Assembly: GCA_965645245.1 (NCBI GenBank)
Contig: OZ287074.1
Coordinates: 558,001 to 622,000 of the forward strand
Direction: 5' to 3'
Source: Massalongia carnosa
Taxonomy: Eukaryota
Length of the DNA stretch: 64,000 nucleotides
Shown here: piece by piece, positions 27,445-41,394 of the stretch
Layout of the letters: every line of letters begins with the position of its first letter
Position numbering within the stretch: the stretch's first letter is position 1
The notes under the pieces: model-generated
Told to the model about the DNA's origin: nothing
What the model saw: the letters and a program-made list of their open reading frames with translations, nothing else
Databases searched by the model: none
Translations under genes and position numbers: made by a program

Positions 27445-28031
27445 TCAACCTGCGATGGGATTCGCATGTATAGTGACCTTCTCGATCACCACGTTCTGCT
27501 TCATTCTTCCTTTGCCATCCACCTCGCACTCCTCAAGCTTCCCCAATGTCTCCATCCCCACATCCCCGATGACCTTCCCAAACACTGTGTTCTTTCCATT
27601 CAAATGCGGGGCCGCTGCGTAGCAAATAAAAAACTGGCTGCCGTTCGTATCAGCCCCCTTATTAGCCATGCTCACAATTCCGCGAGCATTGTGGCGTAAC
27701 GAAGAACGAATCTCGTCCGCAAACGGGGCGGTCCAGATGGATGTGCTTGTCTTCGGGGAAGCGGAAGCTGGCGAACCGGTCTGAACCATAAAAGTGGGAA
27801 GAGATCGGTGGAAAGGAGAGAGGTCGTAGGCAGATGATGCGCAAAGGGCAAGGAAGTTCTGTATTTTCCAGCGAGTGTCAACGTCTTGGTTTTGCTAGAA
27901 GGGTTAAAGTGAGGGAGGGGCTTATAATGATATGAGGACAAGAGCGCATTTACTTCTGCAGTTTTAGGGACGCTTTCGCAGAACACTTCGATTTTTATGT
28001 CACCAAGACTGGTATGTAGAGTGACGGCCAT
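27445..28031 (-). CDS. Peptidyl-prolyl isomerase-like 3 (cyclophilin Cyp10/PPIL3)
   Basis: MAVTLHTSLGDIKIEVFCESVPKTAE | intron 27859-27953 | NFLALCAS, SMANKG, NGSQFF, HANPIA. Confidence 0.93.
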
Positions 28032-28553
28032 TTTGATGACCCAGGCCAATCATTGTTCTGGCTTTGCGATGAACTAAGGCATGATGATTGTTTTGTTTCC
28101 TGCTGAGAAGGACTGAAGATTGGCGAGAGTCAGCCCTACAGGCTTCACATGCAGGCCGTTCGGTTGGGCTTGGGCACCTCGTCAAGGTTCAACGGGGAAA
28201 CCAGGGAAAGCATCATAGTGGAACGAATACCTGTTTACGACCCTGCCTTTTCCCCCCTTCAATTCGTGAGCTCTCGGTGTTTGAATCCCTTCTTAACGTC
28301 TTCTACAGCTTGCGCTCGTCACGGGACTTGCGACTCTTGGTTCTTCCCTTTCTATACTTCAGAAACCGCCGCGTCAGTAGCTTCGTTCATCGCGGATCAA
28401 ATAGCGTGGGGCGCCTAACGGGGGTGGAGAGGAACCCGTCGAGTCTCGACCTATCTGTACTCCAGTTTATTTACTCCTGAGCATATTAATGCCATTGGTT
28501 GCGACGGAATTCGCAGCATGTTGTGGGCGGGCTAAACGCAGCTTTGACCCGCG

Positions 28554-29918
28554 ATGACAGCCTTTGTCCGTGTCTGTGGGCCGCCAAATAGCGCCTTCCT
28601 GGTTGGCTATCCAGGCATATCAGCTACTCTGGTGAGTGAACACCCTCCGTATATCCCAAAAGGGAAAACGGTGATTTCAACCCTTCCAATCTTCGAGGAG
28701 GCTGTGTTGACCCCGCAATCGCCATAGCCCCGAATCGAAGGCAAGGTCGAAATACGTCCGACGGTTGGAATATCCGCTCCTGTGTCGATCTCTCTGGTCA
28801 CAATATGTCTTCAAAGGCGCGAGACGATACACCCTTCGGCAGACTCGGTCACTAAGAAGCACTTAGCCGCGCCGCGGAAGGAGATTACAGATATTGTCGG
28901 GAAAGAGATGCTACTGTTCCGATGTCCAGCAGGCAAGGAATACGAGAACGTGTTCTCAATGGATCTACCTTTTGTGTTGTTTATACCTTGTGGGAGAGGA
29001 GGAGAAGAGACCGCGCGAAGAGTCCCGCCAGCCAGCCTTCAATTACCCAGCAGGACCGCAGAAACCTATTATGAGATGGTGGTAATGGTTCAACAAGGCC
29101 ATACGGAGCAAAAGAAGCATGCTTTTCCGGTGCCTATATCGAGATACGACACCCTTTCAACATTTGGAATGTATAATCGACCTGAATCAGCGGAAAGAAT
29201 TACCGACCATCTAGTTACACTTGGCATATCGTTACCTCGATGGTCATACGGGCCTCTGGACCCCGTCAGTGTGTACATCAAGCTCTCTCCCAATCCGGAC
29301 TGGCTCAACAAAGCGAAGCGAGTGACCATACAGAAGATTACCATCGGGATTGAAGAAGAGATTATCTATAACCACGAAGGTGACGAGCCCCAACGTAAGG
29401 TAAAGACCCTCGCCAAGCAAACCCAAAACGTAGGGGTGAAGATGCCCGAAGCCGGGTATTTCACGAATCTGGGCCTTGTTTTTCCTGCCAAAGATCTGCG
29501 AGATAACGATGGCATTATACCAAGGGGCAAGCAGGCCTTTCCTATGTATTCTGTTGGTGGCTTTACGACTACCGGAAGCTTGTACAAGATCGAGTACTTT
29601 TTGACCGTCAAGGTGCGTTGTTAGTTCCTCCCCCACTATATTCGGCAAAAGACCGATGATCTTTCGTCCGCATAGGCGCATATGACTTCGGCGAAAGACA
29701 TCACGTTAAGGCAAGCCATCGTCGTCTGCCCTCTCGATCATGCCGGCTGCAAAGAAGAAATGGAAGCCATCGAGCAAGCGGTGAAAGACGCATCAAACGT
29801 CCGGCCCGAAAACCCAATGCTCCCCGCCCCTACCATCATCCGTGTGAACGACATTAATGCGCTGCACGCACTCGGCCTGACGATGGTAGGAATTACGAGA
29901 AAACCGCTCATCGAATAG
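28554..29918 (+). CDS. Arrestin-fold protein
   Basis: FVRVCGPPN..FLVGYPGISATL | PRIEGKVEIR, DLPFVLFIP, YDTLSTFGMY, GFTTTGSLYKIEY; two introns. Confidence 0.85.
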
Positions 29919-30680
29919 ATCGTCTGCGCTTTTCCTTTTGAGCGTTGGTCCACAAGGGGTTTTCGGCAATTCCAGGACTGGGGTCGTTATTGACTATTGA
30001 CGATTGAAAATGGGTGGGAGTCGGCTCCAGGGAACATAGAACTTGGGGCATTCTGAGAAATAGCCATCTTGCAAGGCTTTGTACCACCAATGCGTTGCGT
30101 TCCCCTCTTCCTTTTTGATCCGCGAAGGCGTTTGCTCGTTCGGGGGAGTGGTAGCGGGAATATATCGCATTACGACAGTGAACGGCCGGAGATGGGGGAG
30201 TCGAAACGGCGTTTTTCCTGGAAAGGATCGAGCAAGACGCTCTGAAGAGAGAAGATTTCGGATGAGTGTTTATTCGGGAAGAGGGGCGAAGAAGCGGGAA
30301 GAGAGAGCGATCTTTAGCACCGGACCATCCTGAGATCGGTGGCTTCTTCATGATAGGTAAGTAAGTAGGTAGGTAGGTAGGTAGATATTTTTCGGCGCTC
30401 CTTGGGTTGGGGGTGGAGGGTCTCGAGACCGACGACTTCTGCGCCGTACCTAGGTATGTAGATAGGTAGATATTGTCTGTTTCTCCCTCCAGATAGACAA
30501 CCCCTATTCCGTCCGAATAACGATAAATAATAGCCGCCTAGGAACTATATGTATCAATCAAAATCTAACACACAACCCACACCCCGACCCCGGGATTTCC
30601 TCCCCCTCCCCATTCCCTCTTCTAGGGCTCGCTCCCTACCCGCCCTGCGGGGGCAGAGGAAACCCCCCTTCCCCCTCAAC

Positions 30681-31463
30681 TCACCGCGCTCCCTTCCTCT
30701 CCCCTTCGGGTACCATCTCCGTATCACCCTCTTCTGCCTCCTCCTCCTCCTCGTCCCCCCCCCCGCCCCCGCCGACATCCACCCCCTCCTTGGCCATCAC
30801 ACCCTCAAACTGGCTCCACAGCGCCTCCACAGCGCCGAACTCGTTGCCGACCTGGCGAAAACCGCCGTTAGCTATCTGGGGAATTTTTGGGGGGGGCTCT
30901 GGGTGGGGGGGTTGGGGGGGGGCAATAGGGTTGTTGCTGTTGTGGTTGTTGTGGTTGTTATTGTGTTTTAAGAGGGGGAGGGGGGGGGGGGGGATTGAGG
31001 GCGGTAGGGTAGATATACGGGCCGGGGATAATTTTATGTGGTGGGAAGGGGGGACGAACAGCAATAACCCCCTCCAGCGACCGGTTCAGCTTGTTGATGT
31101 TCTGAAGGACATGCTCGAGACTCTAACCAATCGACCCGACCCATGCCGCCCGTTTCGAGAGTTAGCCCCCTTTTTTTTAATTTCATTCTGTCTTTTCGTT
31201 CGATGATTCCCCCGTTCGTTCTTGGATTAGGTAGGTAGTATGGAGGGGAAATCGACAACAGCAAAACCTTGAAGAAGAAAAAAAGAACCTTCGTCTTTTT
31301 TTTTTCTTTCCAACATTTCCAGAACTAGAGACGAGACGAAAGAGAAAGAGAAGGACTCCGAAAAAAAAGAAAAGAAAAAACGTACAGCGGCAATCTCCCC
31401 CACGAGCGCCGCGCGTTGCTGGTAGAAGAGGGACGATTTCGCGCTAGTGGTGGTGGTGGACAT
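30681..31463 (-). CDS. DAD1: DASH/Dam1 complex subunit Dad1
   Basis: FYQQRAALVGEIAA | SLEHVLQNINKLNRSLEGVIA | VGNEFGAVEALWSQFE; two introns. Confidence 0.93.
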
Positions 31464-32688
31464 AGAATTGCGGTTTTGGTGTGCGGTTTAGGGGATACGG
31501 GGTTTGGGTTGGGTGAACGAAATAGATGGAGAGATTTTTACTGTACTCTCTGTACTCTCTGTATAGAGTAAGGGGGGTGGCGGGGCAATGGCGGGGTTGG
31601 GATTACTTACTAACAATGGTTTGGCAACGGGATCGGGAACGGAACGGGAAAAGGCGCGGCTTTCTTGGAGCGTAGTTATGCCCTTACGGAGTACCCTTTT
31701 CTGTCTCCTACGTACCGACATTTTACATTCCAACAGGCGGAGAGAAAAACAGAAAAGAGACAAAAAATGAAAAACAGCAGCTAGCAGAACACTTTTAAAA
31801 AAGAAAATTTGGGGTAGTTGCTTACCTATTTTACCTGCCTACCTATTATCTGTCACAAGGGACCTGTCCATATCCCATATCCATCCATGTCCACGTCCAC
31901 GTCCACACTAAGCCCTGCTTCTAGAAGTGCCTTCGCAGAGGAGAGTAGCGGGTTTAGCGACGAGGAGGAGGAGGAGTATCAATGCGTACGTTCCCGTTCC
32001 GCCTCCTCTTACCTTACCACTCAATAACCCCCCCCCGGCCTCGGGGGTAACCACCACCAACTAAACCAACCACGAGCAGATCCTCACCTCGCAACAAAAC
32101 GCAGCCAGGACCTGGGGCGCGGATAGCGCGCAACACGTCGCGTGCGCGGAGATCGCGGCGAGCTATTTGGGGGAGTTGGTGGCTGCGAGGACCACGAAGA
32201 AGAAGAAGAAGAAGAAGAAGACTATACCGCATAGGGATGCGGATGATGGAGAAAGGGGCATCGTGAGGGGGATGGAGGGGTTGAGGGTTTAGATTGGGGA
32301 AAAGGAAAAGAGGTAGTTCGGTGAGAAGGCCAGGTACGCGGCGAGTTAGAAAAGGTGCGAATGAAAGATTACTTGTGTACACAATGCTGAGAGTATTTAT
32401 TCTCATTGTTAGGGAAAGCCAAGGCAAACAAAAGCGCCGGAACCCATGCCCCGGCCTATATATACGCCACCGGCGCCGGTGGAAACTATGTATGATCTTC
32501 AATCTCTACCCTCCTGCGCAACACACCCGCGGAAGCAAGTTTCGATATGGGTCGAGCTTCGGCCGTGACGCTCATAGCTCCATTTAATATGCGTTAGTTA
32601 TTTGATAAACAAGCCGAAAAAGGGAAAAAAAGAAAGTGCCGGAACGCGGCGCGAAATGACCAGGTCAGGCAGAACCCCCCGCCCAAGT

Positions 32689-33675
32689 CTAGAGAATCGG
32701 ACAACTTCTGCCTTTCTTCGTTTTCTTCGACGGTTTCCCGCCGCCACCGCCACCGCCGCTGCTACTTTTTAGCTGCGAATCTCTCTGCTGTCGAATTTCG
32801 ATTTCCTGGCCCACCGCCGTGTTGACCGCCAGCTCAAAGACTTCATCCACACCTTGCATTTCCTTGCTGCTGCACTCTACGTACACGGCACCCATGCGCG
32901 TGGCAACGGCTTGGCCTTGCTCCGGGGTAACGGGCGTAAGGCCTTGGGTTTTGAGGAGGTCGATACAGACGCGTTTGGTGCGGAGGTCGGATTTCAGGCC
33001 CACAAGAATAAGAGGGGTTGTGGGGCAGAAATGCAGGACTTCAGGGTACCACTGACACCCAGGTGGTTAGATAGGCTGGCTTTGATGAAGAAGAAGAGGA
33101 TGCTGTAGATACCTTGTCCATCACGTTCTCCAAGGAATTGGGGCAATCGATGGCAAAGCAAACAAAGAGAAGATCGGTTTCTGGGTACGAAAGTGGCCGA
33201 AGACGATCATATTCCTCTTGCCCCGCCGTATCCCACAGAGCCAGTTCAACGGTCTTGCTAGTAGGAGCATGAGATGTGTGAGTGATGTAATTTTCGAAAA
33301 CAGTCGGGACGTATTTCTAGCCGAGCGTTTTAGCAGAGATCTACCATAGCAGCTGCGAGGAAGTTTTACCTCTGGAAAGTATCCCTGGCTATAGCTAATC
33401 AACAAGCATGTCTTCCCACAGCCGCCGTCCCCGACCACCACAAATTTCTTCGAGTACGACGGCGGTTGCGTTGTGTTTGTGGCGGCCGATACTCCTCCTG
33501 TTGACATGCTTGTGGCGGTGCTGACGGTACCATTGCTCGTTCTGGCACTTTGCTCCCTAATTGGTTTCCTTCGAGGAGAGATGGATCCTGATTTTGTGCC
33601 GTATTTTTCACTTATCACGGATGTTCGACGGCGAAGGTAATCATAGTTATCGGACGCTTGCACGGCAGCCGCCAT
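32689..33675 (-). CDS. RHO4: Rho4 GTPase
   Basis: N-terminal extension, [57 protein letters not shown] box CPIL. Confidence 0.93.
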
Positions 33676-35005
33676 TGTGAAGGTTGGATAATGAGATACA
33701 ATTTGACAATGATGTGAATCCAGGCGTCAATTTGCTTAATTATGACGCAGGTATTAAATCCAGAGGGTTTAGAAATATTGACAGAGAAGAATGGTTTCGG
33801 ATGCTGGTGTTTAAGAGGTATGAGCTTCATGTATGAGATTTCGGGTGTTTACTTTACATTTGGTTGTTCGGGGCGACTTCTTATCTTATCAGATTAACTA
33901 ACTTGGATTGTCTCCGACCGTTCGTCACCCGATATTCCGACAATCGCTTAGACTTCCTTTGTCCCTACATTGTCCGTCATGAGCTTATTTCAAACGGACG
34001 ACGTTTTTCAGGACTTTTGTCGTGTGTATTTGAGATGTGTTTTGGGGTCATTGAGTGAGAGACTGTCTAGCGACAGGATTGTTCGAGTTTTGCATATTGA
34101 ACCCAAGCAAGATGGGTGTAGAGTCAGTCGATAACTATTCCATCCACTAGAGTCTGAAGCTCTAGCATTTACTTTATGGGTGCTAAACCATTGACGTTTG
34201 TAGAAAAATTTGAGAAACTGGTCGGCGGCCTAATGTTGAATACTAATGCATTTATTTCCATTTGGGGCTCGGTTCGATGTCTTGGGGCCATAGACCTTCC
34301 GAGTTCCCACGGATCTCGCCAACTATCATAGCATATCTAAAATTCTAACGCATATTCACGGAGGGGCGTCTATCCTCTACGGCCTACGTACTAACTGGCC
34401 TTCGCTCTCGATTATCGAATCAAAAAGTACCAGTTTAGGCCAGGGAGCAATTTGGAGAGCAAGGTGAAAGGTGAAATGATATAACCTCGCTATTGACATA
34501 TCTTGTGGTAATTTAATTCGTAGGCAAGACGCCTGAAGCATCTCTCTTTCGTGATCGTTGAGTTACTTACCTACCTGTGCGTCAAGTTTGGGAGAGCCTT
34601 GCCGAGTCCACGGCCCGGCTATCCAAAGATTCCAAATAAAGCCCGGAAAAAGACTAGTATGAGGTCCTGTTAGAGTCCAGGAGTCTCGCCGAGTCCAGAA
34701 GTCCGGCTGTTCGGCGACTGTCAAAAGAAACTTAAGACTAGACTAGCACGGAGTGTCGTCGAATTTCCATTAGACAATGGTACAAATCTCGGTTTTTGAA
34801 CGGGCCAAACTGGCTTCGAGTATTGTAATGTTCTCGTTAGATATTATCTATAGTCAAGGAACTATCTAGTATGTCAGACTACGATTGAGCCTGGCGTTTT
34901 TCGAAATGCCCCCACCTCTTCACCTCATTTGATTTTATCACATATAGCAAATGTTGCTTTGACTAGGCATTTACTCCTTCGATCAGGGTTCGAATGCATC
35001 TTCTA

Positions 35006-36410
35006 TCAAACCTCTTCCTCTTTCTGTTCGGGAATAGTTTGAAGTTGGACTAGTTTGGATAAATCTCCAAACTCCAAGTGGCTACCATACTCCAATTGCA
35101 AGCTAAGTCCGTGGAAGGACTTAATTTTGGGTATTTTCTTTGATGCTGCTGATGGGGTGAATGATTTGCTCATATTTGAACGCTTGTTGCTGCTGAAAAA
35201 GAGAGATTCTAGGGATCCGAAGAACAACGATCGACTGCGAAGCTTGCGGCAAAACATTGGAAGGGCAGTCATACATCCGCAAATGATTCCAAAGTTAATT
35301 TCTAGCGTGCTTGTTGGAATGAGCTTGTGCACGATTCTTAGGATGAAGGCTTGCTTACCTCAGTATTGAGGTTGATGCTGCAACCCATAAGAGATCAAGA
35401 TTGTGTACGTCTCTAGAGGCAAAGGCTAAACGTACGACACTGACAATGCAAGCCCTGAAAGTCCTTTAGCCACTTATGCACAGTTTGTGTATCTCCAAAA
35501 GGTAGATCGTACAGAAGACCAGTCATGAAGATGGAGATGAGTTTGAGCTTCCCAGTAACGGTAAGCTGCAACTGCATGACCATCGCAGTGGGTAGACACA
35601 AAACATAGAAATCCGTGACAACATTGACAGTGCCCTGAACCAACACGAACTTCCAATTGTCGGCGCAGAAGCTAGTCCAAAGAGACTCGATCGAGACACA
35701 AAGAACCTCTACAGCCAAGTAGACGGCAAAATAGGCAAGGTAGAATAGGACTTGAAAGGCTATACCAAAATATATCAAATATCTCATTGCCGTGTTGATT
35801 GCAAATATACGGAGATAAAGGAGCAACATGGAAAGTTTAACAAAGAAAATCACAGGACCGTAAACGATGCCGATTGCTATCAATACCTGAAGGAATTGGC
35901 TGGTCAGGGGAATGGATACTAGTTAAGATTTGTATGTGTGGAACTTACATGCATAAGCTTGACTGTCAGTTGGTCGGCTGGAATATCCCATAAATGAACT
36001 CCCAACCCGTGTTTCACAGCTAGAGTTGAGTTAGTGATTGATCACTTGGCAAGATCTAACACTTACTATAAAGAATAAGTGCTGATTCGATCACAGATCC
36101 CAGCTATAAGATTGTATGAGCCCTTCCAGGCCTTCGAGGCACAGAAACCCTCACTGCGCCACTCACCGCCGCAACAATGCAGGTATCTAGTTTCGGTTAA
36201 CGACGACATTCCAAGAGAAATTAACAACTCACAATCATCCCATCCGACGGATCGTAAAATGTAATGTTTGGTATAGATTCGGATTCCAACAAATAAGAGC
36301 ATCAAAGCAATGCAGACAGCATTGATGACAACTAGGACCTTTGCTTGGGACACTGGGTGCTCATAATTTTGGTTCAAACCGTAAGGAGCTGGGAACTGCT
36401 GATCATCCAT
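35006..36410 (-). CDS. PTH11-like integral membrane protein
   Basis: IRIYTK...GWDD, GLGVHLWDI, KLSMLLLYLRIF, TDFYVLCLP, LEINFGIICGCM; several introns. Confidence 0.87.
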
Positions 36411-38226
36411 TGCAGTTACGGTAGGACCTTGCGAGGCCAAAGCGAGAAGTTAGGCGACGAAGCTTCAGGAAGAGATTTCGGTGAAATATAGATAGAAAAT
36501 GGGAGGACTCGAATGAAAATCGTAATAGCTGCTGTACGAAATTTGTGACTTCCGGGTTTTCTGGGAAAGAAACAACGCAAGAAAGATAAAATCAACGAAT
36601 CCTTGACGTCTCAAGTGTTTTCAACCGTCCTCAATCTCCACGGAGAAACAGATAAACATAATGCTTCTTATGAATAAAACAAGGAAGCGAGGAACTCCAA
36701 GGCCATCCGATTATATGGGGGCTAGGCGAGTTCCCCCAGGTCGGGTATCGCCGTGCTTGGACTGAACCAATCGAGATTGAGTATCCGCCCTCGCGTATTT
36801 GATTGCGGTGCCCGATTGAAAAGGTTATAGAACCACCACACGGACCCATATCCAATAGATTGAAACTTAGCACTAATGTAGGTGACAATGCATGCATACA
36901 TCCTAAAGGCGCAACCATGAGATTTCCATCTTGAAGATATAGAGTACCGAAGAAAAGACCTTTTCAGTATGCTTCATAATTCGAGCAGAGAGAATCGTGA
37001 CGTCGGTTGGGTAAAAGAGCCCCCTTCCAATCTCCATTCACTTGGGTTAACAAATTGCTCGACAGCAGATGAGCCGAGTCGCTATGTTACGAACGCGGGG
37101 TCATAATATGAAGCCAAAAGACATGCTTGACAAGGCCAGAGAACACGCGATTATGATTAGAGCATGGGAATACAGCGGAAACGCTTTAAAACCAAGAAAC
37201 CTTCACATTAGAAAGACTAGAAGGTATGAAAGCTTTGTGCTGCAGTTATTCTGTACACAAACTAGATGGACGTATTGTTCCATGTGCACGGCGATCAACC
37301 CAGGGTAGCATGAACATATTGGCTTCAGTTCAGGCTCGAGAAAGGGTGGTTGCCTCATGGCCAAAGCCGTTCAAAGCTTGCCCATGGCGAAAGAAAGAAT
37401 AACCAACCGTGGGCGCAAATGAGTTAGGAGGCTGACTTCTCTTCGTCAACGTTCGTACCCAAAAGTTTTACCTGAAATATTGTTAGACGACGTTGCGTAT
37501 CACCTTGAGATCCCGTCATCTGCTCTTTGCGTTTTGCTCCGGTAGGTCCTGTGCACAAATCGTTAATCTATTGTTGGACAATTCGCTTGTCGAAAGCTCT
37601 TCAGCTAATTCAACGGCCCCTGCATATCACTGCACGCCATATTCAAAAGTGCACTTGCGAATTGATGATAGGTTTTTATGGAGCGCGTGCACCAATGCTT
37701 GAGTCTTGTTGAAGATGGTAAAGCGCCTCAATACTCTGTATACTTCTTTGACATAGATCGAAAATCGAATTGGCCGAATTCTTGCCATACTTCAAACTGC
37801 AAGGTGGCTTATAAGTAACAGTGGAATTTTTTTGGCTTTCCACTAGTAACCGGAAGGCTGTATGCATTAATATTTTGTGCTTAGGATACCTAGCAGTTCC
37901 AGTCCGCCTGGAAGCAGCCACTGGGGTGAATTGGGAGCCGGGTTAGACCGAGGGAGCTTTGGTTGCTATATTGTATAGAGTACAGAATACAGAGTATTGT
38001 GAAGAAGACACCCCTATGCAACTGCTTTAGTATAAGTAAGTCCAACATGAAAAGTAATCTAGGTCCCGATATTCATGCCACAAACCGGGGCAACTAAAAC
38101 GCAAAAGATTTGGGTAGGTTTCCAAGAAGCTGCTGCATCTCTGTACACCATAAACTGGTACTCCATAATCCGTACTCCGTACTACCGTGCACTTACGGTA
38201 TTTGTCCAGGTTATTGAACACGACAA

Positions 38227-38292
38227 CTTCGATCATGCCTTCGATCATGCATACTCTGTTGACAGAACAATGCATACTCTGTTGACAGAACA
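38227..38292. repeat. Overlapping 12-bp and 23-bp tandem duplications
   Basis: CTTCGATCATGC x2 and ATGCATACTCTGTTGACAGAACA x2. Confidence 0.88.
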
Positions 38293-38539
38293 CTAGGAAA
38301 CCTGTCTAGAACGCCGAACGATTGTGGTCTAAGATCATGTTACGGACAAAGAATAGACATCGGCATTTATCTTCGATCCAAATAAGTCTGACGTCACATC
38401 GGAGTGTGAATCACTCCGCACTTCGTTGATATTCACGATTCGTTTCGTTTCAAAAAGATCTTCTGATCTTTCTATCGAGAAATCTTTGAACAGAGCAAAA
38501 CGGTCTCAAACCGGAACAGTCCAAGACAAAGTGAGGTTC

Positions 38540-39760
38540 CTATCCTCCATCACCCAGGGTTCCAGCGGATATGGATGGCCTGTGCACCTCGAAGACCATC
38601 CCTCGCAAGGTCGTTATCAAATAATCCATAAGTTAGGGTCTGAAAGTTACTCTACCGTTTGGCTGGCGAGAGATGAGCAGAAGAATCGCTACGTTGCTTC
38701 AGAGATCATCGTAGTAAAAGATTCCAGGGCCAGTTCAGAAAGCCAGATTTTGCGTCACTTGAATCAGTACAAGGAGACGCAAAGACATCCAGAAAGAGCA
38801 TATGTCTCTTCACTTCTTGATGAGTTCTTTCTCAGAGGCCCAAATGGTCGACATCTTTGCCTGGTCAGTGAACCAGCCAGGTGCAGCGTTAGAGAATCTA
38901 AGGTAGCGAGCACGAAATGGGTTTTCCAAATGAGGATTGCACGAGCGATTGCTGCCCAGACTGTCCTAGGCCTGGCTTTCATACACTCGTGTGGTGTCGT
39001 CCATGGAGGTTAGTATGTCTGATCCTATTTGGGAGAGTAATGATTGCCAACTCTGAATTTTGTACCTACATTCAAAGAAGGTCCTGTTTCGTTGTCGGTT
39101 AGCGAACTCTATCATCGCTTAGGAGAGCCAATGAAAACGCCTATCATACGAATGGATGGCCGATCGGTTCCCCCCAGTCCCTTTATACTCCGTCCAACCA
39201 GCTTTCCTCATCTTCTCAAGCAATGAGGTTGTCGATCCACGTGTTAGAATATCTGACTTCGGCGAAGCCTTCTTTGTTAGATCTGAGATACGCCACGCTT
39301 TCCATACTTCACTTCTTCTCCTTCCTCCAGAAATATCATTCTCTGATGAGCCACTTGGCCCACCAGCTGATATCTGGACTCTAGCGTCTCCAGTTGATGG
39401 GCCGTGAAAAAGACCCTGCGTTCAAGCAACCAGAGATGGCAGCTTTGTAGAATATGATAAGAGTAATGCTGAATTGTTTGCCATCTAAAAGGGCTACAGC
39501 GGAGGAGACTATTGATTCGGAGTGGATGCAACAATAGGGAATCCCTGCTCTGGAGGAAAACGCCAAAGCTCAGACTAATGAACAGGCTAATGAGCAGGAG
39601 TCAGAATCGTGCTAAGGTTTCAACCTGTGATGCTATTTCCCAGAGCGGGGGGCAGTTAATGGGGTTCAAATATGATAGGTGGCACTTCAGGAGCGAGTGG
39701 ACAAGGAAGAAGGGGGTTTGCAATGAGCTTGGGAAGACTATTATGGAAAGAGCATGAGCA
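38540..39760 (+). pseudogene. SRPK-like (Sky1-like) protein kinase pseudogene
   Basis: RYQIIHKLGSESYSTVWLARD, GPNGRHLCLV, VVHG, ISDFGEAF, PADIWTL; VAxK lysine lost (VASE), catalytic loop missing, frameshifts. Confidence 0.8.
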
Positions 39761-40442
39761 CAGGGGACCAGGGGACGAGGTTTCAGACAACGAGGAGCTG
39801 AGGGGCAGGTAAGAAGAGAAGCAATAGTGATAGAAGTAATAGAATACCACGAAATCACTGATAGAGAAGGAATCAAATGAGGAGAAACCCCGATCTTAAG
39901 CTTATCAGACAGGTTTGGCCATATTCTCCTCTGGTACCAGCTATCTCATCTCTCGCCAACTCAATAAGGGTACCACCCCCGGTATATATTCAACAGAGGT
40001 TGCAAGTAGGAGAGATAAGACATATCGGAAAAAGAGTACACTACAGCAGAATCTCGAGGCTTCGTTTGCGAAAATCTAGTTTGATGTCAAGTCTACTTTA
40101 TAAATGACTGGACTGGCTGAAGCTTGGTTGTCACGTGCCACCTTGGCGGACCTACGCTACAGGACAGTCGACACAGCACCAGACCGGACGAAGCTGCTAG
40201 TCGTCATTCTTTTTGTTGAAAGATAATCAAGTTTGTGTTGCTTTTCGAAGAATAAAAACCAAACGCTGAAAATGTTATCTTCTCTGCGCCATTCGGCCAC
40301 AGATAAAGACAAGTCGGCGCCTGCTGTTGCTCCTTCTAGCTTTGTGTCGTTTTCCAACCCTTTTTAAAGCCTACACTGTCCTACATACTCATGGCCAGTA
40401 TAACTAGTCAATAATTCGGCCATCTCTCTAGCGTACATAATA

Positions 40443-41186
40443 ATGGTAGCTCCGCCTACCAGAATCTGCGTATTCTGCAGCACGACCTCCGGCGCCTCCC
40501 CCGCTCATCTTGAAGCCGCTCGCTCACTCGCTCGAGTAATGCACGCAAACTCCATTCATCTAGTTTACGGCGGGGGCACAACGGGCATGATGGGAGAACT
40601 TGCCCGGACCCTTGTGGCTCTCAGTGGGCCGGACAGCGTACATGGCATCATCCCGCAAGGAATCCTGGAATACGAGCGACCGGAAGGCGCCACGAAGGAG
40701 CATGAAGCAGAAGAACAAAAGGGGTTGATCAGAGGATGGCTGGTGAAACTCGGGCTTGGAGGAACGAAGGTACCAATGCGAAGCCCGCACAACTCTGCGC
40801 TTCTAAGCGAAGAAATATATGGCCGCACAACGGTGGTGCGAGATATGCAAACACGAAAGAAGAGAATGGCACAACACGTCGTAACCGGCGGGCCAGGCTC
40901 GGGATTCATTGGTTTGAGCGGGGGGTTTGGGACGATGGATGAACTAATGGAGGTTGTGACGTGGAACCAACTTGGGGTGCATAAGCGGGGGATTTGCTTG
41001 TTGAATGTGGAGGGTTATTGGGATGGCATTATGAGCTGGATGGAGCACGCAATCAGGGCTAAGTTTGTGAGGGAGGAAGCTAGTGGAATTCTTGTGGCGA
41101 AGGAGACGGCGGAGGGGTGCGTGGAATGGCTGAGGGAATACAATCCGGAGGGCCAGGGGATGGATATGCAATGGGGCGATGCGTAA
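40443..41186 (+). CDS. LOG1: LOG-family nucleotide phosphoribohydrolase (cytokinin-activating type)
   Basis: ICVFC, LVYGGGTTGMMG, MQTRK, SGGFGTMDELMEVVTWNQLGVH; intronless. Confidence 0.9.
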   Translation: MVAPPTRICVFCSTTSGASPAHLEAARSLARVMHANSIHLVYGGGTTGMMGELARTLVALSGPDSVHGIIPQGILEYERPEGATKEHEAEEQKGLIRGWLVKLGLGGTKVPMRSPHNSALLSEEIYGRTTVVRDMQTRKKRMAQHVVTGGPGSGFIGLSGGFGTMDELMEVVTWNQLGVHKRGICLLNVEGYWDGIMSWMEHAIRAKFVREEASGILVAKETAEGCVEWLREYNPEGQGMDMQWGDA

Positions 41187-41394
41187 GATGCTGCACCAAC
41201 ATAATCGTTTTGGGAACTCGGGACACTCCAGATATTCCCAGCGTATCGCGAATCAAATACAGAGTGCAGAGTATCCCAAAACCTACCATCTCAACCAAAA
41301 CAGCGGAACAGTCCCGCTCATGAAGTTTCCGCGTTCCTGTTAGTTACCTCCGAACCTTTTATCGATCAACCCATTCCCCCACAATATTTCCAAA

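Noticed and set aside
34590..34760. Degenerate repeat around GCCGAGTCCA
   Set aside because: Only two loose copies; no array or element structure
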